DNA of 59,801 nucleotides from the NCBI RefSeq assembly GCF_000181795.1, contig NW_003526943.1, forward strand, positions 4,702,670-4,762,470, written 5' to 3'. Origin of the DNA: Trichinella spiralis. Lineage: Eukaryota. Shown piece by piece: positions 1-11,610 of this stretch. The notes under the pieces were generated by a model. It was not told the origin of the DNA. It made no database searches and saw nothing but the letters and a program-made list of their open reading frames with translations. Within the stretch, counting starts at the first letter, position 1. Each line of letters begins with the position of its first letter. Both the position numbers and the translations under genes were made by a program.

Positions 1-529
1 GAAACAAAAACAATTAACTAAGGCACACAACCCAATTTCAATGACAATGCAACAAAGCATTTCAACAATACACAATTTTGCATAACTCTGATCACATATA
101 CAAAATATAACTTTACCTATCTACCTTGAGTTTCATAAGAAATGTACTGAAACTAGCTTTTCAAAGTATTTTTTCAAAATTTTTATCTCGGTTTAAATTT
201 ATTATGGCGAATAAATTATGCAAATTGTAAACTATCGACAAATTTTCTTTCAATCAAATACAGAATTAAATGATAATCAAGAATAAAATTCATAAAAAAT
301 TAAAAACAAACTCCTTCTGCTTACAATAATTATTCAACACACGCACACACACACACACACACACACGTGAATGATATAATAAATGCTTGAATAATAGAAA
401 AAAGAAACAATAACTTTTTCTAGAACCAAATTTCAATATTACAGAATGACAATATTGCACTGTACTAAAAAAGAGCTGTTCAAGATTGACCATTCGAATT
501 GAACAACTGTATATGATTAATTTTATTGG

Positions 530-1828
530 TTAATTTTTATTTGCCAAAGAAAATCCAGGAGGCGCTCTGCGGGATAAATAGTCATTCAATACATTTGGAA
601 AGATGGAGAAAACTTTAAAATGACTGCCCATTTTTTCACTGTTCACCAAATAGTCGCAGCTTGAAATCAAATAATCACGCTGGGATTCATTTTCGACGCT
701 GCCGAGCAGTTGTTGCAGACGAAAACCGACGCCCATCCTGAGCAAAAATTCCCCCTGCGTGACCGGCCCGAAGCAGACCACGAGATTTTCGAGCTGTTTT
801 TTCAAATAGCGAAAATTAACATCAGCAGTCATGTCGACCATGCCGGGATTTTGCAAAGGATCGACAATTTGGTGGTTGGCAAATGCGCGCAAAGTGTCGC
901 CCTTTTCTCCATCGTGGCCGTAGTCGACGATCAACATTGCACCGCCGAATTCGGTGATCAGTTTGGAAATGGACCGCAGGACGACAACACTAGCCGGACT
1001 GATTTCCCACGCCGTCGACTTGTCGCCGGCCAGCTTTTCATCGAAGAACGCTTTTTGGGTAACCGTTTTTGATGAAGCGAGGAAAAATTTCAATCGATCA
1101 TCACCACCACAACAAATCGATGCATCCTCGTCAACATCGACGAGAATTTCTCTCCAACCGCGAGCGGTATGTTGGAATTTGTGTATCGGCATGGCGTCGA
1201 AAAATTCTTGGGCTATAACCAGAGAAAACCCCCTGGGCAAATCTTCCACATCTTTGTGCCAATGTACGGGAATTCCACTCGACGTATACCTCTTCTTGTA
1301 ACAAACCGTTTCGCCAATCGAATCCATCCCAGTGTTCGTCCACTGTGGACACAACAACTGCTCCTGCTGCCGCGCGAGCTGGTCACTTATTTCTACCAAA
1401 TGTACTGATATTTTATTGCAAACTTTAAACTTGGCCATAGTTCTCAGCATATCTTGCATGAGTTTGCCACTTCCCGGGCCCAGTTCGACCAAATTGAACG
1501 GCCCTTCGTGACATACTTCGTCCAACATCTGTACACACCACAGAGCCAAAATTTCACCGAACATTTGACTCACTTCTGGCGATGTGAGAAAATCACCGTC
1601 TTTACCGAAAATACAACTTCGCGTTGTGTAATAACCATAAACGGGACACGTCAGAGCCCTGTGCATGTATTGGGCAACGGTTATTGGGCCGCGAAGGCGA
1701 ATTTCATGCGTCAAAAGTTCCAAGAGATTTCTTCTGTGAGAAGCAGTCGCAAAGCAAACATTGGGTTGTGCAAAGGGTAACCAATTTTTTAATTTTTGCT
1801 TTATGAAAATATTTTTAAACGATAACAT
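530..1828 (-). CDS. NDUFAF7: NDUFAF7/MidA-family mitochondrial protein arginine methyltransferase (complex I assembly), intronless, about 432 aa
   Basis: Family motifs GPITVAQYM, GYY, GDFLTSPEVSQMFGE, LVELGPGSG, EFFDAMPIH, VDYG, DTLRAF and DMTADVNF. First ATG at 1828; the ORF track starts at the preceding TTG. Confidence 0.93.
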   Translation of the reverse strand: MLSFKNIFIKQKLKNWLPFAQPNVCFATASHRRNLLELLTHEIRLRGPITVAQYMHRALTCPVYGYYTTRSCIFGKDGDFLTSPEVSQMFGEILALWCVQMLDEVCHEGPFNLVELGPGSGKLMQDMLRTMAKFKVCNKISVHLVEISDQLARQQEQLLCPQWTNTGMDSIGETVCYKKRYTSSGIPVHWHKDVEDLPRGFSLVIAQEFFDAMPIHKFQHTARGWREILVDVDEDASICCGGDDRLKFFLASSKTVTQKAFFDEKLAGDKSTAWEISPASVVVLRSISKLITEFGGAMLIVDYGHDGEKGDTLRAFANHQIVDPLQNPGMVDMTADVNFRYLKKQLENLVVCFGPVTQGEFLLRMGVGFRLQQLLGSVENESQRDYLISSCDYLVNSEKMGSHFKVFSIFPNVLNDYLSRRAPPGFSLANKN

Positions 1829-2181
1829 CAAAAATAAAAATAAATCAATATATATTACAAAATTATTTACATCTACTGTACTAGACGAACGTGAAAATCA
1901 ATATTGCAAACCAATTACAGTAATTTATGGAAAATCATTTTTCAAATAATTCTTGTAAATGATAATTTCTGTTACTAGCCTAAGATTTATTATTCAAAAA
2001 AAAATATTTCATGAAATTCATTTTATAAAATCATTTTTTAAAAATATTATTATTTGTACTTTATGAACTTTATTTCTATGGTAGACAAACAGCTTTTATT
2101 GATCATTAGAATATGTTTGAATAATTAGGTAATGTTATTCTTGCAATATTCATAAATTATATTTTTTTAATTAATAAAGTG

Positions 2182-4040
2182 ATGGCTTCTGAATTAGAAA
2201 AGTCTCTTCATAAACGATTACTAATATCTTTACCTCCCAAATCACGGTACGTCGAAACACTGACAAACAATAACAATTGCACACGACAATTTTTTGAAAT
2301 GTGCAGAATTTATTTATTTTTTTTATAAAAATTACAATATTTAAGTGCAAATTCGAAAACTTCGAAGCGTTTGAATGCAGATCGCTTTCAACCACTTGAA
2401 TGGAATGCTTATTTTGACAAAAAGGAAACTGTGAAAATATCAGATAAGAATTTATTCAACGTATACATTAAAGGAAAAGATGGGCCGTTGTTGGTATTTC
2501 TCCACGGTGGGGGATGTTCTGCACTGTCATGGGCATGTTTGGCAGTAAACAGTTTTATAATAGTGTTGAAAAGCAGTGCACCAGTTTTACCAAATCCATT
2601 CATTTGTAGAAATATCTATCGTCATTGATTACATGCACAGTTTTTGCTATTGACCTTCGAGGACATGGTAAATTTTGGCTTTATTTTTTATGTGATTAAA
2701 ATCATTTTTTCATTTGATAGGTGAAACAAATACTGATGATGAGTACAATTTGGCTTTGGAAGTGATGGCAGAGTATATATATACTGTTTAGCACAGTTCA
2801 GCTTGTTCAGTAGTTGATTTTTTTTGTTTAGTGATGTTGCTGCAGTATTGAAAACTTATTTTTCTCAAATTACTGCCCCTGTAATATTGATCGGACATAG
2901 GTGAGTTTTGTTGAATGGGCTAATCAATATTATTGCACATGTATGTTGTCTTTATCAAAAAGAAATCAGTACTGATTATTTAAACAGTATTCTTAATTGC
3001 ATGTATTTCATTCAAGTAGAGTTGTTTTCGATACGAAAATTGGATTTATTTCCTTTTTTCTTATAATTTTTTAGTGGTTTTTTCTATTGCAACGTGAATA
3101 TAAAATACTGTTTAGCATGGGTGGCGCTGTTGCTGTTGAAGTTGCTCATTCCAAAAATATTCCATCATTGGCTGCATTGATTGTTGTTGATGTTGCAGAA
3201 GGTTTCTGAATGTTATGTTTTTTTTGAAATTTAAGAATTATTTTACAATTATTTTCAGGCTCTGCTTTGCAAGCTTTGAAATGTATGCAGAATTATTTAC
3301 TCAGTCGACCGAAACAGTTCAATAGCATACCGATGGCTATTGAATGGAGGTTAGTTGGAATTAATTTTCACTTTTGTTTAAAAGTTTAATTCTTCAGTGG
3401 AAAAATTTTAAATTGTAAAATCTTTTTTTTAATTTTCAGCAAACGTTCTTCATACATTCGAAATTTGGAATCGGCCAGAGTTTCTATGCCGGGTCAAGTG
3501 AAAAAGTGAGTGTTGTAGTTGGCGAAAAGAATGTATTAGTGCCTTTTTTAAAAACTACTTTGTTAATATTTATTTTGCAGAATTCAAAGTGTAAAAGAGA
3601 ATTTGGTAAGATCAGATCAGCATCCAATTGATCGTATTGATGAAGAAGCAGCAGAATTGGAGGAAATTCCTCAGACATCCGATGTAGAATGTCCAGAGTC
3701 GACAATTTATGGTTGGCGTATAGATTTGTCGAAAACGGAAAAATATTGGGAAGGTTGGTATACTGGCATGTCGGAAAAATTTTTATCCGTCTCTGTTCCG
3801 AAACTTCTGCTTCTGGCCAACAAAGACAACATGGACACCGCGTTGACCACAGCCCAGATGCAGGGAAAATTTCAGATGGCATTGCTGACCGAAGTTGGGC
3901 ATTCGGTTCATGAAGATTCACCGGAGAGGACGGCTGAAATTTTCGCATCCTTTTTGCTTCGGCAACGTTTGGCCGAAACTTTGAATGCAGAAGCTAAAGA
4001 AAAATTGTTCAACGCTGCCGTTCAAATGCGAACCTGTTGA
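2182..4040 (+). CDS. PPME1: Protein phosphatase methylesterase 1 (alpha/beta hydrolase), multi-exon
   Basis: Exon 1 (2182-2246) reads MASELEKSLHKR, resembling the PME-1 N-terminus, and splices in phase to 2346. Later exons give LHGGGCSALSW, DLRGHG, GHS|MGG (nucleophile elbow split by an intron), ESARVSMPGQV, WRIDLSKTEKYWEGWY, QMQGKFQM and GHSVHED. Stop at 4038-4040. Confidence 0.93.
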
Positions 4041-4699
4041 TTCTATTTTTGTTGTAAAATAATACAACGACAATCAGATAACGCAAAATATGGTATAGGC
4101 GTAATGGGATTGTAGACTATTATTTATTCACACATTAGATCATATTTCTTGTTTCCATGAAAAGAGCAATGCACTTAGACTGCAGTGGTTTGTTTCCATT
4201 TTAAAATGAGCATACAGAACAACAGTATTAAAAAGAATCAAATTTTTCTTTAATTGCAATAATTTTTATTTTATTTTATCTGACTGTTCTTAAAATGTAG
4301 GCAATGAGAAATTTTCTTTAAAATAGTAATTAATATTTGTGAAGCCATCAGGCTGTTTGTTCAGTTTATTCCTATCGCCGCCGTTTGGTAACCCAATGTT
4401 CAAAGAACTGTATGTATGCATTTGATCAATTCAAGTAGACAACTTCTGATTTTGATATATCATTATGTTCATCTTTCTTGTAATGCTAAGAGTACTGTAC
4501 CATCGGAGTAGAATATGCTTTAGAAAAGAACTGTTTTGTACCATCCAGCCATGTTGCTGTTGTGTCGAAGAGATCTCAGTGCAAAAGTAGCAGCAGCTGG
4601 TGGTAGCCAGAAAGATCTGTTGCAATACACCCTGGAGATTATTCATTCCCTCATAAAACTGCTAAATCAACAAAAAATATCATAGAAAAGGGTCTGTTG

Positions 4700-4940
4700 G
4701 TCATCAGAAATGGAATCCAGCAGGTAGCTGCTGATAAGAAGACCATTGCCAAGCACGGCTGTACTACTGGATCACGTGGTCCACTGGCCAGAAGTAGTTC
4801 GACGGAAAAATCGTTGTCGCTGTTTGTGCGAAAAAACATCTAGAGTGCGATGCGTCAAATGTGACGTCCATTTTTGTTTGATACAAAAGCGGCATTTTTT
4901 GGGGTTATATTATGGGAAAATTGTAATAGCTAACTTGTAA
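4700..4940 (+). mobile_element. Degenerate piggyBac transposase C-terminal Cys-rich domain fragment
   Basis: Translation LDHVVHWPEVVRRKNRCRCLCEKTSRVRCVKCDVHFCL fits the piggyBac (PGBD3/4-like) pattern D..HWP...RC..C....R..C.KCDV.LC. No upstream DDD core ORF and no clear TIRs; boundaries approximate. Confidence 0.7.
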
Positions 4941-5490
4941 TTTTTTTTACAAATAAAAATAATGTGTACTGATTTCAAAACATTTCACATTTCCGAGCCC
5001 TTAACCGCTGTATGGAGGAAATATGTGCAAAATTGACCATAATGACACATCATCATTCAATTCTAAGCAATCGAAAAGCGTTTTTCTAAAATATGCAGCA
5101 TTGCTTCAGTGGCAGGCAGGCCGTCGTCTCAGAAGAAGCACAAAGTAAAGCATATATTATTTATTCATCGTGTGGCTGTGAAAAGAGCAGCAAGCAAGCG
5201 ATTCGAAGAAATTTTACGATATTCAACGAAAGCGTTTTCAAGCAGGTGACAATCAAAGCTGCCATCAACTGAACTGCAATCGGGGTGTCGTTGATCAGCC
5301 TTCTAGGTGAGGCAACTCGGTGGTGGTGGGTTCACATCATTAACTGACAGCCAAACAAACTTCTTCCAACCCCCTCCATACTCTACTTCAAAATAAAAGT
5401 GAAGCAAGCAGATGGTGAGGTATTTTGTATTGTCACGCTAATCAAAGACAACACAAAAATAATGAGTGGTAGGTAAATTAAATAGAAAAG

Positions 5491-8465
5491 TCATTTCATT
5501 GTTGTTTCAGTGACGGAAACGGGCAACTTTAGTGTCCCTTTACGACAAAGCATGTTGATTTCTTTCCAAGTAGTGGAAAAGTGACGCGGATTGTTGACAG
5601 CCGCTGCCAGCAATTCGCTGACCATCTGATGCTGGGGCAGAACGGTGAGCACGTCACGAACAGCGGTACTGTGGTGGCGTACCAAAGCGGCGAATATATC
5701 GCCCAACGCTTCGACATTTTGACCCAAAGGCTCGACTTCGTTTCGCTTGAAACACGCAATCAATATGCCTGGACCGGCATGTTCAACCAATTGGCGAGAA
5801 AATTCATGGTGCTTCTGTTTGACAAATACAGTGGTCAAAAACAACTTCGTCGATCGAACCACGTGAATTTCACTGCACTGCATTCCGATCTTGGCCAAAT
5901 CCATCGCGGTCCGCATGTCCGCACTGCTGCCCGAACAAAACCACCAGCAATTTACGCTCAGCTAAATGAATAATAATAAAATAAAAATAAAAACAAAAAA
6001 ATACTGACGACAAGGAGAACAAAGTATATATATATATACCCCACCTTATGACACATTCGTAAATAGGTTTCCAGCAAATCTTCGTCGGCAATTCGATGAA
6101 AACGGTCCAAAACAGATCCAGTGATACGATTGAACAGTTCGGACAGTGGACCGGACAGTTGCATGATGCGCCACTGTTCCTCGCCGATGATCATGATGCA
6201 ATTTTGCACCAGTGTAATCAAACCTTTGCACAGAGCAACGCTCTGCACCAACCGACCGACCAGGAGGACCGTCTGAAGCGCGTTTTCGGCCACGAGACCG
6301 ACCAGGCTGGCGTCGACCAGGGTGCAAACCCAGTGGGCCACGTCGACGCTGTTGCCGCTATTCTGATAGACGTCCATCGCCGCCGGATAGCACTGCTCGA
6401 TGACAATGCAGGCCGGGTGTCGATAGGGGGAAGCGGCTCGGGTTGAGCTGTTGCGCAAACTGACGCTGTTCGTGAAATGAGTCAGCAGGGAAAATTCGAC
6501 GAACACGTTCGCCAGTGGAGACGACAAGCCGGCATCGGCGCAACTGGGATTGATATTCTTGTTGTCGAAAATCGCATTCAACTTGGCCAGCCGAGGTGCC
6601 AGTGTGGCAGTGATGACGACGTTGCGCTTGTCGTCGGGCAAAATGCCGACAATGTGCCCCACCGACCGCATGGCGCTCTGCCGGTCCTGCAGTTGCAGTT
6701 CGCTTCGGTCGGCGAAACCCAACGCCGCCTCGAGCAGGGCGTCGGCCCAGGGCAGGATGACCGGCTCGCGGTGGCAGGTGATTTCGTTCAACGCGTGCGA
6801 AGCGGCCGTGGCCGTTTCGGCGTGACGCAGACCTTCGAGCACGATCGGCACCGCCACGTCGTACAACTGCTGGTGGTGGATCTCGGCCGAGTAGGTGACC
6901 AGCACGTCCAACAGGGCGCAGAGCATTTTGGGCGTGTGCCGGGGCACCAACGGCAGCAAGTCGTGCAAAACGACGCCGATCTGGTCGTCGTGCTCGGCCA
7001 CTTCTTCGCTCAGCGCTTCCAAAGCGCTCAACAGCACCAACAGCACGGCGTCGTTTTCCGCCGACGACAACGGCCGCTGCTGTTGGTCGTCGGTTCCGTC
7101 GGTACCCGAGCAGACCTTCTCCTGCAACGTGTGGCGAAGCTGGGCGACCACGTCGTTGCCCAGCACGTTGTAGCAGCAGCAAATCAACGACTGGAACGCA
7201 TCCTCACAACTCTGGTAGGAGTGGTCGGTCGGCGCGACGTGGATGGTCTTCAACGCGAACGCGTGCCACTGTTTCAACAAAGCCGACAACAGCTGAACGT
7301 AAAATCCGGCCAGACGCTTGACGAGCTCGTCTCGTTGGGCGGCGGTTCCATCGATCTCGTGGTACAACTGGTAATTCAACGATTCCCAGAACGTGCTGGT
7401 CAAAACCACGCAGCTGAAGTCCGCGTTGATCAAATAGTCGACCGGTATGTCGAACATGGCGATCAACGTCTCGAAAGTGTCGACCACCCTGGCGTCGTCG
7501 ACGTGGCGCAGCATGAACTGCACGTGATGCTCGGCCAACGTGCTCACCATGTCCATCAGCACGGTTACCGGATGTTCGAACTCCATGGCCGTCACTGTCG
7601 ACCAGTCGCTGTTGAACAGACGAACGCGAATTTTGCCGACATATTCGAACAAGTGGAACAACATGTCCGGATGGTCCCGCAACTTCTCCTGGCGGGCCAG
7701 CGTGCCGAACAGACGACCCAACGCCAGCACGGTGCCGTTGATGTCGAGCATGCTAAGCAGAAACGAGTCGATGTTCTCTTTCCAAGCGTCGATGTTTTTC
7801 GTGAAACCGAGCCAAATTTCCGCACAGCCCGAAGCCAATTTCAAACTGCCGACCGGATCGAAGCCACGCTGGTAGAACGATTGCAAAAACCCCTGCACGG
7901 TAGAGACGATGCACGGTTCCAACCTGTGCAACAAGGCCCGCAGAAAACTGCGCTCTTCCAAGCGAACGGTGATCTTGTCCAACTGGACCGGCAGCTCTTC
8001 GAAAACTGTGACCAACAACTGCGGTCGTTGGTCGGCCCAACGGAGTTGCAAATTTTCCACCACCACCGGACCCAAATCCACCATCAAGCCCCGCAGCATG
8101 CAGACGGCCAGCGTGGAGCAGATCTTGTTGGCCAAAAACACCATCTTTTGGGAGTCGGATTCGCAAATTTTCACAAACAAATCGAAGAACAATTCCACAT
8201 AACCTTCGAGTTCTGGGGCGTTGTGCCAGCCGAACGCCAGTGTCGAATACAACGAGTTGCAGGCGAAAAATGCCGTGTTGGGGTCGGTACAAGTTTTCAA
8301 TATTGTCAGAAAATGTTGCCAATTTCCCGGAATCGACTGGGCCCAGACGAGAAAATCGTGCGCCGCTCGGCGCTGCTCTGGGCGGATTGACGTCGAATAG
8401 AGATTTTCCAAAGCGTTACGTATCTTCGCCACGTCGCGCGAACCATCTTCAAACTCCCACATCAT
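5491..8465 (-). CDS. Importin-beta family karyopherin, importin-13/transportin-SR-like; two coding exons (8465-6045, 5961-5491)
   Basis: N-terminus ALENLYS...RRAAHDFLVWAQ...W...FFACNSL is IBN_N-like, followed by Leu-rich HEAT-like helices and an FWESL motif. Donor AAG|gtgggg at 6045 and acceptor catttag|CTG at 5961 join the two ORFs in frame. Confidence 0.75.
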
Positions 8466-8789
8466 TTTCAAGTGAACAAAGCTAAAAAGTAAAACATTAA
8501 AAAAAACCATCATCCAACAACATCCAACAAATGTAAACAACAAAATTAATTAATTAAAAAATTTAATTCATCGCGACATTTCTACTTGATGATGACTATT
8601 ATGAAATAGGAATTATATTCATTTGAATGTGCTTTTTCAACTGCAACACAACAATACACGGAACAGAAAACCGAACGATGCATGTCAAGCGCTAATGTTC
8701 GCAAAGCTGAGAGTTCAATCAGTAAAAATTAGACACTACAGTTGAAAATTTCTGCCAAACTTGGCTTTTTTCTGATTCAATGAAATTGA

Positions 8790-9670
8790 GAAATAAAAAA
8801 TATTTTTAAAAAGTGGAGCAAATTTTCGACGACAGACCAACAACTTACGATTAAAATAACAATATATACATATATATATATATATGCTAGTAAACTGTTT
8901 ATCGTCAACAGTTCAGAATTTCCACGATGAATCAGCTAATGCACACAACGAGCGAAAACAAAAACAAAAAAAGAACTTAATGCACTAAGGACAAAAACTT
9001 AAATACATAAAATGCCCATAAGGACCAAAAAATCTACCCTAACAAACTATCTACAGTACATAAGCTATTTTAAAGTTAAGATTACAGTAAACTGCTGCCG
9101 ATCGCTTCAGTAATTGAAAAAATTCAAATTATCAGCTAATAATGTCAAATATGCAAACAATCGCACGCGATGACAAATGAAAACTGAGCAAACCAAGCGC
9201 AAAGTATGATAACAATGAAGACCAATCGCATACCTACTTTACTTGCAACCTACCTGCTCATCACAAGGAAGTAGAAATAAATACATAAATATTTTGTACA
9301 ATAAAAGTATGTGCGAAAATGAACTTTGTTTCAGTATGATTCAACGATAGAATAATGAAAGTGAGAGAGAAATTTTAAAAATATTTTTGAAAAAAGTAGG
9401 GCAAAATTTTGATGATCGAGCAACAACAACTTACGGTTAAACCAACAATATATACAACTGACAAGCTGTTGCCTATCAACAGTTCAGAATTTCACTGATG
9501 AGCTGCTACACAGAACGAACGCGAAATAAAGGAAACCTAATGCAGCAAGTACAAAAATTTCAATGCACAAAAAAAGTCAACGCTCACAAATTATCCACAG
9601 TATACAAGTAATTTTTAAGTTACAATTACAGTAAACTGCTGTCAATAACTCCAGTAATTATTAAAAAAAA
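8790..9670. repeat. Diverged direct duplication of about 300-330 bp (copies about 8790-9122 and 9370-9670)
   Basis: Collinear shared blocks: aaaaatattttt, caacaacttacg, aacaatatataca, tcaacagttcagaattt, attacagtaaactgctg and cagtaatt. Confidence 0.85.
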
Positions 9671-10267
9671 ACTGTCATTCCAAAAGCAATTATAAAAATA
9701 GCACATGTGCAAAAATTGCTTTATTATAGGATTTTTTGTAATTTTCAAATAACTGCATTATGCATCTACAGTAACTTGTCATTATTAGACTTTTGTCGCT
9801 GAATAATAATAAGTTTTGAATTAATTTATTCGCAACCAATAATTGTTTTTTATTTCTAATGTATTTTTACAATTATTGACTGTAATGAAAATAAATGAAC
9901 ATTACATTACTGAACAAAGAACACTTTTCTGCTTGTTTTTAGAATTTCATTAAAAACACAGCTTCACACACACACACAAATGTATATGTACATAAATAAT
10001 TTTATTTGCAAAGTAACAAAGCCGCAAAGTAGCTTTTTTCAATGTCACGGGATAACAGCAATAAATATCAATAGCGAGCAGCAAAATTGATAAATAAAAC
10101 AAAAATACAATGATGATCCAACTACTTACTGGTCGGTTATTAAATAATGCGCGCTTTTGCAATAACTTTTCAGGCGTAACAGTGAAAAACAAAAAAAAGG
10201 AATGTGTGACTCTGCAATAGACAATGCAAAAAAACAATAATAAAAAAAAATAATATTATTATTAATA

Positions 10268-11078
10268 TTAAAAGCGTTTCAACTGCGTGGCTGCGTGAAG
10301 CTCTTTCCATCGTCTGGTGAAAAAGCGACGCAAACTGTGACCGGCTTTTCCAATTTTTGAATCGTCTTCATTGAACGTTTTACAATTGTCAAAAACCAAA
10401 TTTACATCTTTAACAAAATCTTCTCCTCTTTGATATCTAAGATCAAATCAATCAGTCAGTGGATCAATGAACAAAAAGTGGTAGAATTTGATATTTCAAT
10501 CAAAAATCAATTTTGAAAAGAAAAAAAAACCAAATTCCATTTTATTCATACTTGTGTGAAATCAATTTGGCATGAATAGCGGAGAGATCCATCGGCTTTT
10601 TAATCACTTTCTTATACAGAGGAACCAATTTCGAGTCTACTGGCTTTTTGAAAGGCCAAGAATCGCGGTGCGCATCCAATTCGGCCAAAATAATGCTATT
10701 TTAAAAAACAAATAAGTAAACATTCAGCGAATAATTATCATTTAATAATAATAATAATAATATAATGATTAAAAAATTACATACCTGCAAATTTCTTCAT
10801 AATCAAAACCGGAATATGTGACGGCAGTTGTCGCTGTCGTCGGGCTACCGCTGTTGGAAGCGGCTTTTTTCTCTGCCTGCTGCTTCTTTTTTTCACTTTT
10901 CACTACTTTCTTGTTGGGGGATTTTTTGTTGCTCGATTCCACCGGACGTCGTTTTTCTTTCGGCTCCAATTTGCGTCGTTTCGGAGCCGACGGTCCGTTC
11001 GACAAACTTTTCCTCAACTTAATTTTAAAAAATAATCAACAATTAATTTTAATTTAAAAAAATTAAAAAAAAATAAAA

Positions 11079-11109
<31 letters not shown>

Positions 11110-11578
11110 CTTACTTTGCAACAGCCAAAACATCGCCAGTTCGATTTGACACTCTTCACCGGGTCTAAATCCACACACTCGGCATGGTACTCACGTCCAC
11201 ATTCGGCACAACCGAGCATCGGCTGAGACGAATGCCGGCAACATACCAAACAACAAGAGCGACGTGTTGCCTAAATTGAAAAAATAAAATATTATTATTA
11301 AACAAAAACGGAAACACTATTTTATATGATATGTTACTGTTATATTCAAACTTACTTTCGCTACACATTCTGGACAATACCAATCTTCTTCAGGAACTTT
11401 GGTCATTTTCGGCTGAATAAATAATTTTTTTGTTCAATAATTAAATTTTTAATATCAAAAAACAAGTAGGACAAATTTACTCGGAAACAATACGTATGAT
11501 AGCCCATGTCGCACCCGTCGCATAACAACAACTGCGATTCGTTGCAATCGTCTCGACAAATCTGACACATCTGAAATT

Positions 11579-11610
<32 letters not shown>

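Noticed and set aside
6477..8390. 637-aa + strand ORF
   Set aside because: Antisense shadow of the GC3-rich importin exon; its composition (Q/H/V/G-rich) is typical of reverse-complement codons and it has no domain.
9409..9498. C/D-box snoRNA-like motifs (TGATGA...CTGA...CTGA) in the second copy of the 300-bp duplication
   Set aside because: The boxes are not preserved in the first copy and no terminal stem or guide target could be identified.
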